A stretch of 64,000 bases of DNA from Longimicrobiales bacterium (GTDB taxonomy: Bacteria > Gemmatimonadota > Gemmatimonadetes > Longimicrobiales > Gaopeijiaceae), in contig OZ220732.1 of the NCBI GenBank assembly GCA_965116905.1, forward strand, positions 2,720,001 through 2,784,000, given 5' to 3'. The position numbers and the translations under genes were made by a program. Positions 46,285 to 57,839 of the stretch are shown here, one piece after another (positions within the stretch are counted from its first letter, which is position 1; each line of letters begins with the position of its first letter). A model generated the notes under the pieces. The model worked only from the letters and a program-made list of their open reading frames with translations, was not told the origin of the DNA and made no database searches.

Positions 46285-48348
46285 CTACGATACCGGTCTG
46301 CGTTCCGTAGCGTACTTGTCGAACCATCCCTTCACGGTCGTGATCTTCGACATTCCGTGGGAAGGCCGTCCCCAGATGCCGTGGGCCTCGCCCGGCACCC
46401 GGACGAGGACCGCGTCGACCCCCAGCAGCTTGAGCGCCTTGTAGTACTGTTCCGATTCCGACATCGGCGTGCGCCAGTCTTCCTCGCCCGTCATGATCAG
46501 CGTGGGGGTCTTCACGTTCTCCACCACCGAGAGCAGCGACCGGCTCTCGTAATGCTCGACGTTGTCCCAGGGCAGGCCCGGGAACCAGTGGCTGACGGCC
46601 ATCGGCGCCATGTCGGCGGTCAGTGCGAAGCTGTACCAGTTGATCACGGGGTAGAAGGATACGGCGGCCTTGAACCGGTCCGAGTTGCCGATCATCCAGG
46701 CGGTCAGCACGCCGCCGCCGCTGCCTCCGGTGACGAACAGGTTGTCCTCGTCGATGTAGCCCTGCGCGATGACCGCGTCGACGCCGGAATCGAGGTCGTA
46801 GAAGTCGTCGCCGGGATACGCGTGGTGGATGAGGTTGCCGAATTCCTCGCCGTAGCTGGTGCTGCCCCGGGGGTTGGCGTAGAAGACCACGAATCCGTGC
46901 GAGGCCATCAGCTGCTTCTCGACGTCGAAGCGGTCGCCGTAGTTGGCGAACGGCCCCCCGTGTATCTCGAGGATGAGGGGGTACTTGTTGTTCGGATCGA
47001 AATCCGGGGGCTTCATGATCCAGCCCTGGACCGGTCGGCCGTCGCGCGAGGACTCCCACCAGATCTCCTCGACGGCGCCCAGCGTCTTCGCCGCAAAGAG
47101 ATCGGCGTTGACGGCGGTGATGACCCTGCCGGGGCCGTCGCCGCCCACCATCACGTCGCCGGGCCGGTCCGGGCGGCTGGTAGTGAAGGCGAAGGTGCCG
47201 TCCTGGGCCACCGTGTACGACACGCCGAAGCCGCCGTACGCCATGAACCCGCTGCCGCCGTCCTCGGCGAGGACCTCGTGGGTTCCATCGAGCTGGAAGA
47301 GCGCGAGCCTGGTGTTCCCCTCGTCGTCGTAGAGCCCGTAGATGCCCTCGCCCTCGGGCGCCCAGCGGACCTGGTAGACGGAGCGGTCCAGCTCGCCGCT
47401 CACGACCCGCGAGTTCGAGCCGTCCCGGTCCATGACATGGAGCCGCGTGACCTGGTACCCCTGGTATCGGTCGTCGTAGCCGAGGTAGGCCACCTGCCGG
47501 CCGTCCGGCGATACCGTTGGCGATGAGTCGGGACCCCGCCGATCGGTCAGGGCCTGGACGCTGGCGTCCGCGACCGAGACCTCGTAGACCTCGGAGTCCC
47601 CCCACTCGATCTCCCAGTCCTCGCGGAGGTTGGCTGCGAGGACAATGGCGTCGGATGTCGGGGCCCACTCGGGCGCGCCGCCCTGGGCACCGAAGAAACC
47701 ACTGTTGTAATGCCGGTCGCCCGAGGTCAGCTGTCTCGGCGTGCCGCCTTCCGCCGGAACCACGAACAGGTGCCAGTAGCCGGATGGCAGGTCACCCAGC
47801 CCGTCAAAGCGGAAGACCAGCTTGTCCGTGTACTTCGCCGGCTCGGCCCACTGCGCGCCAGCAGGCGCGGCGGGCAGCTGTCCGATGACCAGCGGCGCCT
47901 CGGGCACCAGCTTGTGGAACGCCAGAAGCGATCCGTCCGGAGACCAGGAGAGGCCGGTCGCGGGATCCGTGAGGTTGGTGATGGCGGCCGTCTGTCCGGA
48001 CTCCACCCAATGCATGTAGATCTGCGGCATGCCGTCCCGGTTGGACATGTACGCGATTCGCGACCCGTCCGGGGACCAGCGGGGGCTGTGGTCGATGAAC
48101 TTGCCGGTCGTCAGGGGACGGTGATCGCTGCCATCCGCCGAGATCAGCCACAGGTTCGAGTAGTTCATGTCCGTCATGACGTCGGCGAACTGACGCACAT
48201 AGACGACCTGGTCCCCATCCGGCGAGATCCTGGGATCGCTGGCGTATTCGAGGTCGAAGACGTCGATTTCGGTCAGGCGGGCGGTCTGGCCCGCGAGCGG
48301 AGATGCAACCAACAGGGCGACAGCGGGGTATACGAAGGAGAGCCGCAC
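46285..48348 (-). CDS. S9 family peptidase with beta-propeller (PD40) repeats
   Basis: Signal peptide, WSPDG repeats, IHGGP, GGSGGG nucleophile, EDWR, EAHG. Confidence 0.92.
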   Translation of the reverse strand: MRLSFVYPAVALLVASPLAGQTARLTEIDVFDLEYASDPRISPDGDQVVYVRQFADVMTDMNYSNLWLISADGSDHRPLTTGKFIDHSPRWSPDGSRIAYMSNRDGMPQIYMHWVESGQTAAITNLTDPATGLSWSPDGSLLAFHKLVPEAPLVIGQLPAAPAGAQWAEPAKYTDKLVFRFDGLGDLPSGYWHLFVVPAEGGTPRQLTSGDRHYNSGFFGAQGGAPEWAPTSDAIVLAANLREDWEIEWGDSEVYEVSVADASVQALTDRRGPDSSPTVSPDGRQVAYLGYDDRYQGYQVTRLHVMDRDGSNSRVVSGELDRSVYQVRWAPEGEGIYGLYDDEGNTRLALFQLDGTHEVLAEDGGSGFMAYGGFGVSYTVAQDGTFAFTTSRPDRPGDVMVGGDGPGRVITAVNADLFAAKTLGAVEEIWWESSRDGRPVQGWIMKPPDFDPNNKYPLILEIHGGPFANYGDRFDVEKQLMASHGFVVFYANPRGSTSYGEEFGNLIHHAYPGDDFYDLDSGVDAVIAQGYIDEDNLFVTGGSGGGVLTAWMIGNSDRFKAAVSFYPVINWYSFALTADMAPMAVSHWFPGLPWDNVEHYESRSLLSVVENVKTPTLIMTGEEDWRTPMSESEQYYKALKLLGVDAVLVRVPGEAHGIWGRPSHGMSKITTVKGWFDKYATERRPVS

Positions 48349-48370
48349 GGTTACCTCCTGGAGCTGTGTG

Positions 48371-48404
48371 CGTATGTTGGACGGAGCCGTATGTTGGACG
48401 GAGC
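48371..48404 (+). repeat. 17-bp perfect direct repeat CGTATGTTGGACGGAGC x2 in a divergent promoter region
   Basis: Read directly; TACAAT -10-like box at 48414-48419. Confidence 0.9.
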
Positions 48405-48492
48405 AGGGCAGAGTACAATATCCACGGTTGCCGGCAAAGGCGAGGATTCCCGAGCCCGCCGGTCCCGCGGTTCGCGGACAGAGGAGTCGACA

Positions 48493-48876
48493 ATGTGGAA
48501 CGGGCTTTCAACACGGACGGGACATCGCTTTCATCGTCACGTGCTTGCCGCGATGGCGCTTGCGCTTCTGGGCGCGTGCGCGACCGCGAACGGCGCGAGG
48601 ACGAACCCCTTGGAGGGCGACGGGCGGGATTCGGAGGAAATCGAGATCCTGGTCCGGAACAACCACTTCAGCCAGGCCACCGTGTATACGGCGCGAGGCG
48701 GAGCCTCCATGCGCCTGGGGATCGTGCCGGGGAAGGGCAAGGCGACCTTCCGGACCCGGTGGCCGCTTCCCGACATTCAGCTGCGCGTGAAGTTCCTGGC
48801 GGGCTCCGATTTCCTCACCCAAACGATGCCGGTGGGGCCGGGAGAACTCCTGGAACTGATCATCCAGGCCAGATAG
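48493..48876 (+). CDS. Hypothetical lipoprotein
   Basis: GAGGAG RBS, LLGAC lipobox, small beta-rich domain. Confidence 0.7.
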   Translation: MWNGLSTRTGHRFHRHVLAAMALALLGACATANGARTNPLEGDGRDSEEIEILVRNNHFSQATVYTARGGASMRLGIVPGKGKATFRTRWPLPDIQLRVKFLAGSDFLTQTMPVGPGELLELIIQAR

Positions 48877-48982
48877 CGGTCCCCAACGGCGCGTCGTCCT
48901 GAACGCGCCCGGATGCCCCCGGGGCCCAGCCTGCCTATTATCAGAGGCTGACAGCAGGCACACGCTTTTCGGGAGCATCAAT

Positions 48983-51037
48983 ATGCGCATTCACTCCTGC
49001 AAATGGTCCTTTCTTGCCGTCCTTGGCTGCGTGGTTCCCTCCGCGGTGGCGGGCCAGGCGGCCGATGCAGCGGCCTTCACCGTCGACGACGCCATCGACA
49101 TGGTGCGGGTGTCGGGACCGAAGCTTGCCCCCGACGGCACGCGGATTCTCTTTGTGAAGAACGAACTGGACTGGGACGAGAACAAACGCAAGAGTCGGAT
49201 CTGGGTGGTCGGGGCCGATGGCCAGGGCGCCCGCCCGTTCACGGGTTCCGCCGACGACAGCAACGCTGAATGGTCCCCTGACGGACGCTGGGTCTCGTTC
49301 ACCCGGCCGGTCGGGGACAGCGACAAGGTGCGGCAACTCTTCGTGCTCCCGGTCGACGGGGGCGAGGCCGTCCAGTTGACGCAGCATCCGACCGCCGTGG
49401 GCAGCTACCGCTGGTCCGACGATGGAGCCTCGGTCTTCTTCCTGGCCAACGATTCGCTTCCCGACGATCTGGAGGAAGAACGCAAGAAGGGCGACGACGC
49501 CGTGTTCATCGACGAGGGCCCGAACGGCCAGACGCGGGGCTCGTGGAACGGGGTGTGGCGCGTGACCGTGTCGCTGGCCGACGCTCCTCTGGACGCAACG
49601 CGCGTGACCCCCGAGGTCCGCCGCATCGGGGACTTTGCCCCGTCGCCGGACGGCAACTTCCTCGTGTATGTCTATCGGCAGGAGAACCGCCGCAACGCGG
49701 GCCATCTCACGGAGGTGATGCTGCACACGATCTCCACCGGCGAGGAGGTGCAGATCACCGACAACGACGCACCTGAAGCGCAGTTGGCGTGGTCCCCGGA
49801 TGGTCGCGCGATCACTTTCGGGGCGCCGGATCTGGAGACCTGGGAGCTGGACCAGGGCAATCTCTACCACTACGACATCCCCACCGGCAACGTCCGGCAG
49901 CTCGCGGCGGATACCGATGTCGACATCCGCAGCTATCGCTGGAATCCCGGTGGACGGTCCATCGAGATCGTGGCGCTCGACCGGACCGACGCGAACATCT
50001 TCCGTGTGGACGTACGGTCGGGCGAGGTGGAGCAGGTCACGCACGGGAACGGCATCATATCGGGGGCTTCGTTCGATGCGCTCCACCGCAGGGTGGCGTT
50101 CGTCCACGCAAGTCCTCGCGAACCCGGCGACCTGTGGCTCACAGACCTCTCGGACGATTCCAGGGTACGGCTCACCGAGGCGAACCCGGACCTCGCGGCC
50201 CGGAATCTGGCTGAACCGGAGGTGGTTCGCTGGGAGAGCACCGACGGCCTCGAGATCGAAGGGATTCTCTATCGGCCCGAGGGCAGAACAGCACCCGGCG
50301 CGGCGGTCCTCGAGATCCACGGGGGCCCGGCGGGCGTGTTCACCCGGGGGTTCGACGCCGACGCCCAGATCCTGGTGGCGCAGGGGTACGCGGTGCTGCA
50401 GCCCAACGTTCGCGGCTCGTCCGGCTACGGAGACGATCTCCTGCGCGGCAACATGAACGACATCGGCGGCGGGGACTACCACGACCTCATGACGGGTGTC
50501 GACGCGATCATCGAGCGGGGTGTGGCGCACCCGGACTCCCTGGCGGTCAAGGGTTGGAGCTACGGAGGCATTCTGGGCGGGTGGACCATCACCCGGACGG
50601 AGCGCTTCAAGGCCGCCAGCCTGGGCGCGATGGTGGCGGACTGGCGGAGCGAGTTCGGCGCCGGATTCAACTTCGACGTCGTGCGCTGGTACCTCGGCGG
50701 CGATCCCTGGTCGAACCGCGACTACTGGACCGAGCGCTCGGCCTACAGCCACCTCGACAAGGTGACCACGCCGACCATCCTGTTCCACGGAACCGAGGAC
50801 CGCACCGATACGATGGAGCAATCCATGAACTTCTTCGCTGGGCTTCGCCACCTGGGTGTGGAGGCGCGCTTCATCCTGTTCCCGCGCGAGGGTCACGGAA
50901 TCCGGGAACCGAGGCATCGCCGCACCCTGCTCGTAGAGGAGATGCGGTGGCTGCAGCGGTACGTCCGGGACATGGACTGGGAGCCGCCGGCACGTCCGGA
51001 TGCGGACGCGAAGAAGGAAGTGGCGGCGATCTCCTGA
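48983..51037 (+). CDS. S9 family peptidase with beta-propeller repeats
   Basis: Signal peptide, WSPDG repeats, IHGGP, GWSYGG, EDR, EGHG. Confidence 0.92.
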   Translation: MRIHSCKWSFLAVLGCVVPSAVAGQAADAAAFTVDDAIDMVRVSGPKLAPDGTRILFVKNELDWDENKRKSRIWVVGADGQGARPFTGSADDSNAEWSPDGRWVSFTRPVGDSDKVRQLFVLPVDGGEAVQLTQHPTAVGSYRWSDDGASVFFLANDSLPDDLEEERKKGDDAVFIDEGPNGQTRGSWNGVWRVTVSLADAPLDATRVTPEVRRIGDFAPSPDGNFLVYVYRQENRRNAGHLTEVMLHTISTGEEVQITDNDAPEAQLAWSPDGRAITFGAPDLETWELDQGNLYHYDIPTGNVRQLAADTDVDIRSYRWNPGGRSIEIVALDRTDANIFRVDVRSGEVEQVTHGNGIISGASFDALHRRVAFVHASPREPGDLWLTDLSDDSRVRLTEANPDLAARNLAEPEVVRWESTDGLEIEGILYRPEGRTAPGAAVLEIHGGPAGVFTRGFDADAQILVAQGYAVLQPNVRGSSGYGDDLLRGNMNDIGGGDYHDLMTGVDAIIERGVAHPDSLAVKGWSYGGILGGWTITRTERFKAASLGAMVADWRSEFGAGFNFDVVRWYLGGDPWSNRDYWTERSAYSHLDKVTTPTILFHGTEDRTDTMEQSMNFFAGLRHLGVEARFILFPREGHGIREPRHRRTLLVEEMRWLQRYVRDMDWEPPARPDADAKKEVAAIS

Positions 51038-51045
51038 CCGGCCGG

Positions 51046-52359
<1,314 letters not shown>

Positions 52360-52392
52360 CGGGTGCCGGCGGCACGGAGCCGGATCGGCGGT

Positions 52393-52620
52393 TCAGACCT
52401 GCAGCACCCGATAGAGAATCCGTTCCTCGTCGAGCGCGCTCGTCAGCTCGTCGGCGTGGCGTCCGGGAATGCGCAGGGCGATTCCGCACTTGGCGCCGCC
52501 CTCCGGTGGTGCGGGGACCACGTCCACCGGTATCGCTTGCTCGCGCGCGACGTCTTCGGCCCACATCGCGTGGTGCGTGGTCTCGAAGATGAAGACGTGT
52601 GCGGGGGAATCGTCGGTCAT
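52393..52620 (-). CDS. DUF3343-like small protein
   Basis: FETTHHAMWAE...VPAP...CGIAL pattern, 75 aa. Confidence 0.75.
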   Translation of the reverse strand: MTDDSPAHVFIFETTHHAMWAEDVAREQAIPVDVVPAPPEGGAKCGIALRIPGRHADELTSALDEERILYRVLQV

Positions 52621-52640
52621 GATGCGGATCGTTTGCGGCG

Positions 52641-54845
52641 TCAGGGCTCGCGGCCAGGAATGATGGATTGATCGGGGCGATCGCACGGCTGCACCGGCTC
52701 CGTCCCGGGGAGATACAGCTCGTCGTAGGCGTCGTCCGAGGGACACCACCGGGACGCCAGCAGCCCCGTCCGGCTGTCGACCCTGCGGGTGATCAGCGCT
52801 GTGGGTATGGGCCAGGGCTCGGGAACGGGCAGGAGCGGCACGGCGTCGCCGGCCAGGGCCTGCTCGTCGGCCGCCGGCCCGTCGGCGTAGTACACGCGCC
52901 TCATGAACTCGCCCCAGACGGGAGAGGCGAGCCCGCCGCCGGTGGCACGGGGAACGATCGGGACGGGTTGGTCCATCCCGAACCAGACCGCGGCGGCCAG
53001 TGTCGGGGTGAAGCCCAGGAACCAGACGTTCCTGCCTTCGTTGGTCGTGCCGGTCTTGCCGGCCGCGGGCACGGCCGTCGGCAGTCCCGCCACCTGGCGG
53101 ATCCCGAGGTTCCCGGTTCCCTGCGCCACGACCTCTTCCAGCATGGACACGGCGAGGCGGGCCACCAGCGGATCCAGAACCCGGGTACGTTCGGGCCGGG
53201 GTTCCCATAGCACCTCGCCATCGGCGCTTTCCACCCTCAGGATCGGGAACGCGCGAACCCTCTCCCCCAGCGTCGCGAACGCCGAATAGGCCTCCAGCAT
53301 CTGGATGGGGATCACCTCGGCGGCACCGATCGCACTCGACGGATACCGTTCAACCTCCGTTCGGATCCCCAGGCGGCGGGCCATCTGGCCGACGCTCTCG
53401 AGTCCCACCTGCATGCCGACCTTGATGGCGACCATGTTGATCGACTTGCTCATGGCCTCGCGCATGGTGATCGACCCGAGGAACTCCGGCTCGTAGTTGC
53501 TGGGCGCCCACGTCGTGCCGTCCACCTGGTCAATGATGACCGGGCTGTCGGTGAAGACCTCCGAGGCCGCGATGCCGCTCTCGAGCGCCGCGGTATAGAC
53601 GAACGGCTTGAAAGACGACCCTGCCTGCCGCCTCGCCTGGATCGCCCGGTTGAACTTGGAATGCACGAAGTCCCGCCCACCGATCATCGCTCGGACATGA
53701 CCCGTGGCGGGGTCGGCGGCGATGAACATTCCCTGCACGTAGGGAATCTCGGGGACATCCGCCCCCTCGGTCTGGTCGGCGAATCCCCGATACGTCATGT
53801 GGCGGAACCCCGGCCGCTGCTCGATCCTTTCCCAGCCGTTCTCCATGGCGGCTCGGGCCGCCTCCTGCATTTCCAGATCGAGGGTCGTGTAGATTCTCAG
53901 CCCACCCGTATAGAGTTTGCCTCCGAACCGGTCGGCGAGGATGCCACGGACCCACTCCACGAAGTACGGAGCCTGCACCTGCACGCTGCGGGCCCTCTCG
54001 GTGGGGAGTGGCTCGGCCTTCCAGCGCTCGGTTTCCTCGGCGGTGAGATAGCCCTCGCGCTCCATCAGGTCGAGCACGAGGTTGCGGCGTCGCTGCCCGG
54101 CGTCGGGGTTGTTGAAGGGACTGTAGACCTCCGGCAGATTGGCAATCGCCGCCAGCAGGGCGGCTTCCGCCGGGTTCATGTCGATGGCGTTCTTCCCAAA
54201 GTAGTTTCGCGATGCCGTCTGAAGTCCGTACCAGCCATGAGCATACCCGATTTGGTTCATGTATGCCTCGATGATCTGGTCCTTGGTGTACGCCTCCTCC
54301 AAATCGAGCGCGACCTGCCACTCCTTGAGCTTGCGCAACACCCTCTTTTCGAAGCCGATGCGATCCGTGAACATGTGCCGCGCCAGCTGTTGCGTGATCG
54401 TGCTGCCGCCGGCGCCGGACAGCGACAGGGTCCTTATCGCCTCCAGACCCGCCCGGGCGATCCCCCGCCAGTCCAGTCCGCCGTGCGAGTAGAACCGCCG
54501 ATCCTCGATCGCGATGAACGCCTGGGGCACGTGCGCCGGGAGACTGGCCAGCGCGACGGGAGTGCGCCGCTGCACGCCGATTTCGCTCACCAGCGTGGAA
54601 TCGCGCGCGAAGACCTTGGACGTCTGCTGCGGTTCGTAGGTGTAGATCTGAGCGATCGAGGGACAGTCGGCGCACAGGTTCCGCCAGCTGCCCGCGGCGA
54701 GACCAAGACCACCGGTGCAGAGAAACAGGCCCAGGAACCAAACGATACGAGGTATGCGCCGAATCCTTCGCAAGATTCCCCGAAACACGCTTGCTGCTCC
54801 TCCCGACCATGAGGTCACGCCTCGCCCGCTCCAATTTATCACCAT
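52641..54845 (-). CDS. Class A penicillin-binding protein (PBP1A family)
   Basis: TG motifs EDRRFYSH, GGSTITQQ, RKLKE; TP motifs SSFK, SIN, KTGT; start approximate. Confidence 0.93.
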   Translation of the reverse strand: MVINWSGRGVTSWSGGAASVFRGILRRIRRIPRIVWFLGLFLCTGGLGLAAGSWRNLCADCPSIAQIYTYEPQQTSKVFARDSTLVSEIGVQRRTPVALASLPAHVPQAFIAIEDRRFYSHGGLDWRGIARAGLEAIRTLSLSGAGGSTITQQLARHMFTDRIGFEKRVLRKLKEWQVALDLEEAYTKDQIIEAYMNQIGYAHGWYGLQTASRNYFGKNAIDMNPAEAALLAAIANLPEVYSPFNNPDAGQRRRNLVLDLMEREGYLTAEETERWKAEPLPTERARSVQVQAPYFVEWVRGILADRFGGKLYTGGLRIYTTLDLEMQEAARAAMENGWERIEQRPGFRHMTYRGFADQTEGADVPEIPYVQGMFIAADPATGHVRAMIGGRDFVHSKFNRAIQARRQAGSSFKPFVYTAALESGIAASEVFTDSPVIIDQVDGTTWAPSNYEPEFLGSITMREAMSKSINMVAIKVGMQVGLESVGQMARRLGIRTEVERYPSSAIGAAEVIPIQMLEAYSAFATLGERVRAFPILRVESADGEVLWEPRPERTRVLDPLVARLAVSMLEEVVAQGTGNLGIRQVAGLPTAVPAAGKTGTTNEGRNVWFLGFTPTLAAAVWFGMDQPVPIVPRATGGGLASPVWGEFMRRVYYADGPAADEQALAGDAVPLLPVPEPWPIPTALITRRVDSRTGLLASRWCPSDDAYDELYLPGTEPVQPCDRPDQSIIPGREP

Positions 54846-54963
54846 TTGGATCGTGACGGATCGCCTGGAGTTGCATCGCTGTCCCCTGGCCGTGCAGCGA
54901 TCCGTGAACCGCACGCCGGGCCCGTGGGCGGGTTGACCGGGCGCTGGCCGACGATGATGCTTC

Positions 54964-56109
54964 TTGGTGAAGCCATCCGCGGTGATCAGGCAATTGGAGC
55001 GGTCACTGGTAAAGCACAGCGAAGTGTCCGTTCGTTCCGCATTCGGCGGTTACCGGGTGTGCGTTGGCGACGGAGTGCGCCGGCTCCTCGAAGCGGCGGT
55101 GGCCGACGCGGCCCCATCGGGTCGCTGCGCGCTGATCACCGACGACACCGTCAGGGGGCTTTGGGGCCGGGAGGTGCACGTGCACCTGGCTTCGGCCGGC
55201 ATCGACGTCGTGGAGCTGTCCTTCCCGGCCGGAGAAGCCCACAAGACCCGAGAGACATGGGCGGCGCTCACCGACTCGTTACTCGAGGCTCGCCTGGGGC
55301 GGGACAGCTGTATCGTTTCGCTCGGAGGCGGTGTGGTCGGCGACGTCGCGGGCTTCGTGGCCGCCACGTATCTGCGCGGAGTCCCGTTCATCCAGGTCCC
55401 GACCACGACGCTGGCCATGATCGATGCCTCCGTCGGGGGCAAGACCGGTGTGGACCACCCGCTGGGGAAAAACCTGGTGGGGGCGTTCCACGCGCCCGAG
55501 ACGGTCCTTGCCGATCCCGGATTTCTGAGTACGCTCGGACGTCGTGCGAAGGCGGAGGGGTTTGCGGAGGCCGTCAAGCACGGCGTCATCGTGGACGCCG
55601 GCTACGGACAGTGGCTGGCGAGCCGGGCCGGGCCGCTGCTCGATGGCCAGGGCGAGGACGTGGAGCGCGCGGTGGTCCGCTCGGTGGAGATCAAGGCCGG
55701 GGTTGTGTCGGCCGACGAATTTGAGGCCGGCCGACGCCAGATCCTCAACTTCGGCCATACCGTGGGGCACGCCCTCGAGGCCGAGTCGGGCTATCGGCTG
55801 TCACATGGCGAGGCGGTGGCCGTAGGGATGGTGGTGGAAGCACGCATCGGAGAGGAGTTGACCATCACGGCGGGTGGCACGGCGGAACGGATACGGCATC
55901 TGGTGCGGGCGTTCGGACTGCCCGATACGCACGGGGGCCTCGCGTGGCCACGGAGGCTTGCCGAGCGGATGACGAGGGACAAGAAGACCCGGTCGGGTGT
56001 CGTTCACCTGGTCCGTCTCGAGGAAATCGGCCGGACGGGAGAAGCGGGCGATGTCACCTTCCCGGTCGCGGTTGATGAGCTGGTACGGATCATGGAGCAA
56101 TGGCGATGA
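54964..56109 (+). CDS. aroB: 3-dehydroquinate synthase
   Basis: GGGVVGD, PTTTLAMIDASVGGKTG, KNLVGAF, LNFGHT, HGEAV; start uncertain. Confidence 0.94.
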   Translation: MVKPSAVIRQLERSLVKHSEVSVRSAFGGYRVCVGDGVRRLLEAAVADAAPSGRCALITDDTVRGLWGREVHVHLASAGIDVVELSFPAGEAHKTRETWAALTDSLLEARLGRDSCIVSLGGGVVGDVAGFVAATYLRGVPFIQVPTTTLAMIDASVGGKTGVDHPLGKNLVGAFHAPETVLADPGFLSTLGRRAKAEGFAEAVKHGVIVDAGYGQWLASRAGPLLDGQGEDVERAVVRSVEIKAGVVSADEFEAGRRQILNFGHTVGHALEAESGYRLSHGEAVAVGMVVEARIGEELTITAGGTAERIRHLVRAFGLPDTHGGLAWPRRLAERMTRDKKTRSGVVHLVRLEEIGRTGEAGDVTFPVAVDELVRIMEQWR

Positions 56110-56208
56110 GACACGGATCCGCGCCCGCGCGGGCGCATTTGACCGGGCCGCCGTCTGCGGCGAGCGTTTACGGTCCGCACTGTCGCGGCACTGGCGAGTG
56201 GAGGATCC

Positions 56209-57837
56209 ATGACCCTGCCTGAGGGATCGCCGCACCTCACGGTCTCCTCGGTCCTGTCCCGGCGCGCGGCCGAGGCCCCGGAATCGCCGTTCCTGCATTC
56301 CGGTCAAGCGACGTTGTCGTATCGCGAGGTCGAGGCTCAGGCGCTGTCTCTGGCCGCCTCGTTGAAGAACCTGGGCGTCGGCGGTGGCGACCGCGTGGCG
56401 TTGTTGCTGCCGGCGTGGCCCGAGTTCGCCGTCGCGGTCTTTGCCGCCGCGAAGCTCGGGGCGCGAATCGTCCCGCTGGACCCGAGGCTGAAGCTGCCCG
56501 ACCTCCGGTACATGCTGCGGCATTCCGGCGCGGTGTGTGCGGTTTCGGCCGAGGATGCGTACGGGATCGACTACCTGCAGCTCTTTGAGGACTTGCTGAA
56601 CGATCTGCCGAGGCTCCGCCATCTGGTCACGGTGGGCGAGGAAGATCTGTGGTACGACGACCGGATCTTCCAGTGGGAGGATCTGGTGTCGCCGGGGCGG
56701 GGTCGTGACTTCGAGGATCGGGAAGCCGACCCTGAGGCGCCCTTCGCCATTGTGTACACGTTCGGAACGACGGGCAAGCCGAAGGGTGTCGAGCTGTCGC
56801 ACCAAAACCTGCTCTACGGCGCGGCAGGCACCGCCGCGGCCACCGGGCTGAGTGCCCCTGACGTCGTGGCGGGTGTGAGTGCGCTGCACCATGCCTTCGG
56901 TCTGGGTCCCGGGCTCCTGGGTACCGCCCTCGAGGGAGCCAGCCTCGTGTTGCAGGACAACGCCGATCCGGGCACGACGCTCGCGTTGGCCGAGCGCTAC
57001 CGTGCGACCGTGCTCAGCGGAGTCCCCACGCTCTTCGCCACTGCGCTTCGCGAGACCGGGGACTCCTACCAGCCTCCCGAATCCCTCAGACTTTGCATCG
57101 CCTCGGGCGCGCCCGTGCGTGAACCGCTCGCGCGCCGCGTGGAGGAGTTCTTCGGGGTACCCCTGATCATCGCGTACTCGCTGACCGAAGCGGGGTCCAC
57201 GCTCGCTGTCGGGCGACACCAGGAGGAGGCGGCGAGGCGGTGGTTCACGGTAGGCCGGCCGTTGGAGGGCACGACCGTCCGGGTGACCGAGGACGACGGC
57301 ACCGTGCTTCCCGGCGAGAGCGTCGGGGAGATCCGGGTGAAGGGGCCCGGGGTGATGTGCGGGTACCACCGCCAGCCGCGACAAACGGCGGCGTCGTTCG
57401 ACGGGGAGGGGTTCCTGAAGACGGGTGACCTCGGCATGCTCGACGAGGAAGGGAGCCTGCACCTGATCGGGCGCAGGGAGGACGTGATGATCCGTAGCGG
57501 ATTCAAGGTGTACCCGAAGGAACTTGAAGACCGGTTGATGGCCCATCCCGCCATTGCTGGCGCAGTGGTTGTCGGGGTATCGGACGACATCCTGGGGGAG
57601 GCGATCTGTGCGTGCGTGATCCGCGTCGAGGGCGGTGTGATCTCGGAAAACGAAGTCAGAGAGTGGAGTGCGGCGACGCTCACAGCCTACAAGGTCCCCG
57701 ACTTCGTTAACTTCATGGACGAATTCCCGCGTACCGCTTCCGGCGGCGTATGGCGGCAGGAGTTGACTCGGCGAGTATCCTCCGCACGAACCGGCCGGCC
57801 GGGGGCCAGCGCGAAACCACGCTTGACGACAGAGTGA
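56209..57837 (+). CDS. Class I adenylate-forming (acyl-CoA ligase-like) protein with atypical motifs
   Basis: YTFGTTGKPKG, YSLTE, TGDLG, GRREDVMIRSG, YKVPD; terminal PRTASGGV lacks Lys. Confidence 0.88.
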   Translation: MTLPEGSPHLTVSSVLSRRAAEAPESPFLHSGQATLSYREVEAQALSLAASLKNLGVGGGDRVALLLPAWPEFAVAVFAAAKLGARIVPLDPRLKLPDLRYMLRHSGAVCAVSAEDAYGIDYLQLFEDLLNDLPRLRHLVTVGEEDLWYDDRIFQWEDLVSPGRGRDFEDREADPEAPFAIVYTFGTTGKPKGVELSHQNLLYGAAGTAAATGLSAPDVVAGVSALHHAFGLGPGLLGTALEGASLVLQDNADPGTTLALAERYRATVLSGVPTLFATALRETGDSYQPPESLRLCIASGAPVREPLARRVEEFFGVPLIIAYSLTEAGSTLAVGRHQEEAARRWFTVGRPLEGTTVRVTEDDGTVLPGESVGEIRVKGPGVMCGYHRQPRQTAASFDGEGFLKTGDLGMLDEEGSLHLIGRREDVMIRSGFKVYPKELEDRLMAHPAIAGAVVVGVSDDILGEAICACVIRVEGGVISENEVREWSAATLTAYKVPDFVNFMDEFPRTASGGVWRQELTRRVSSARTGRPGASAKPRLTTE

Positions 57838-57839
57838 GG

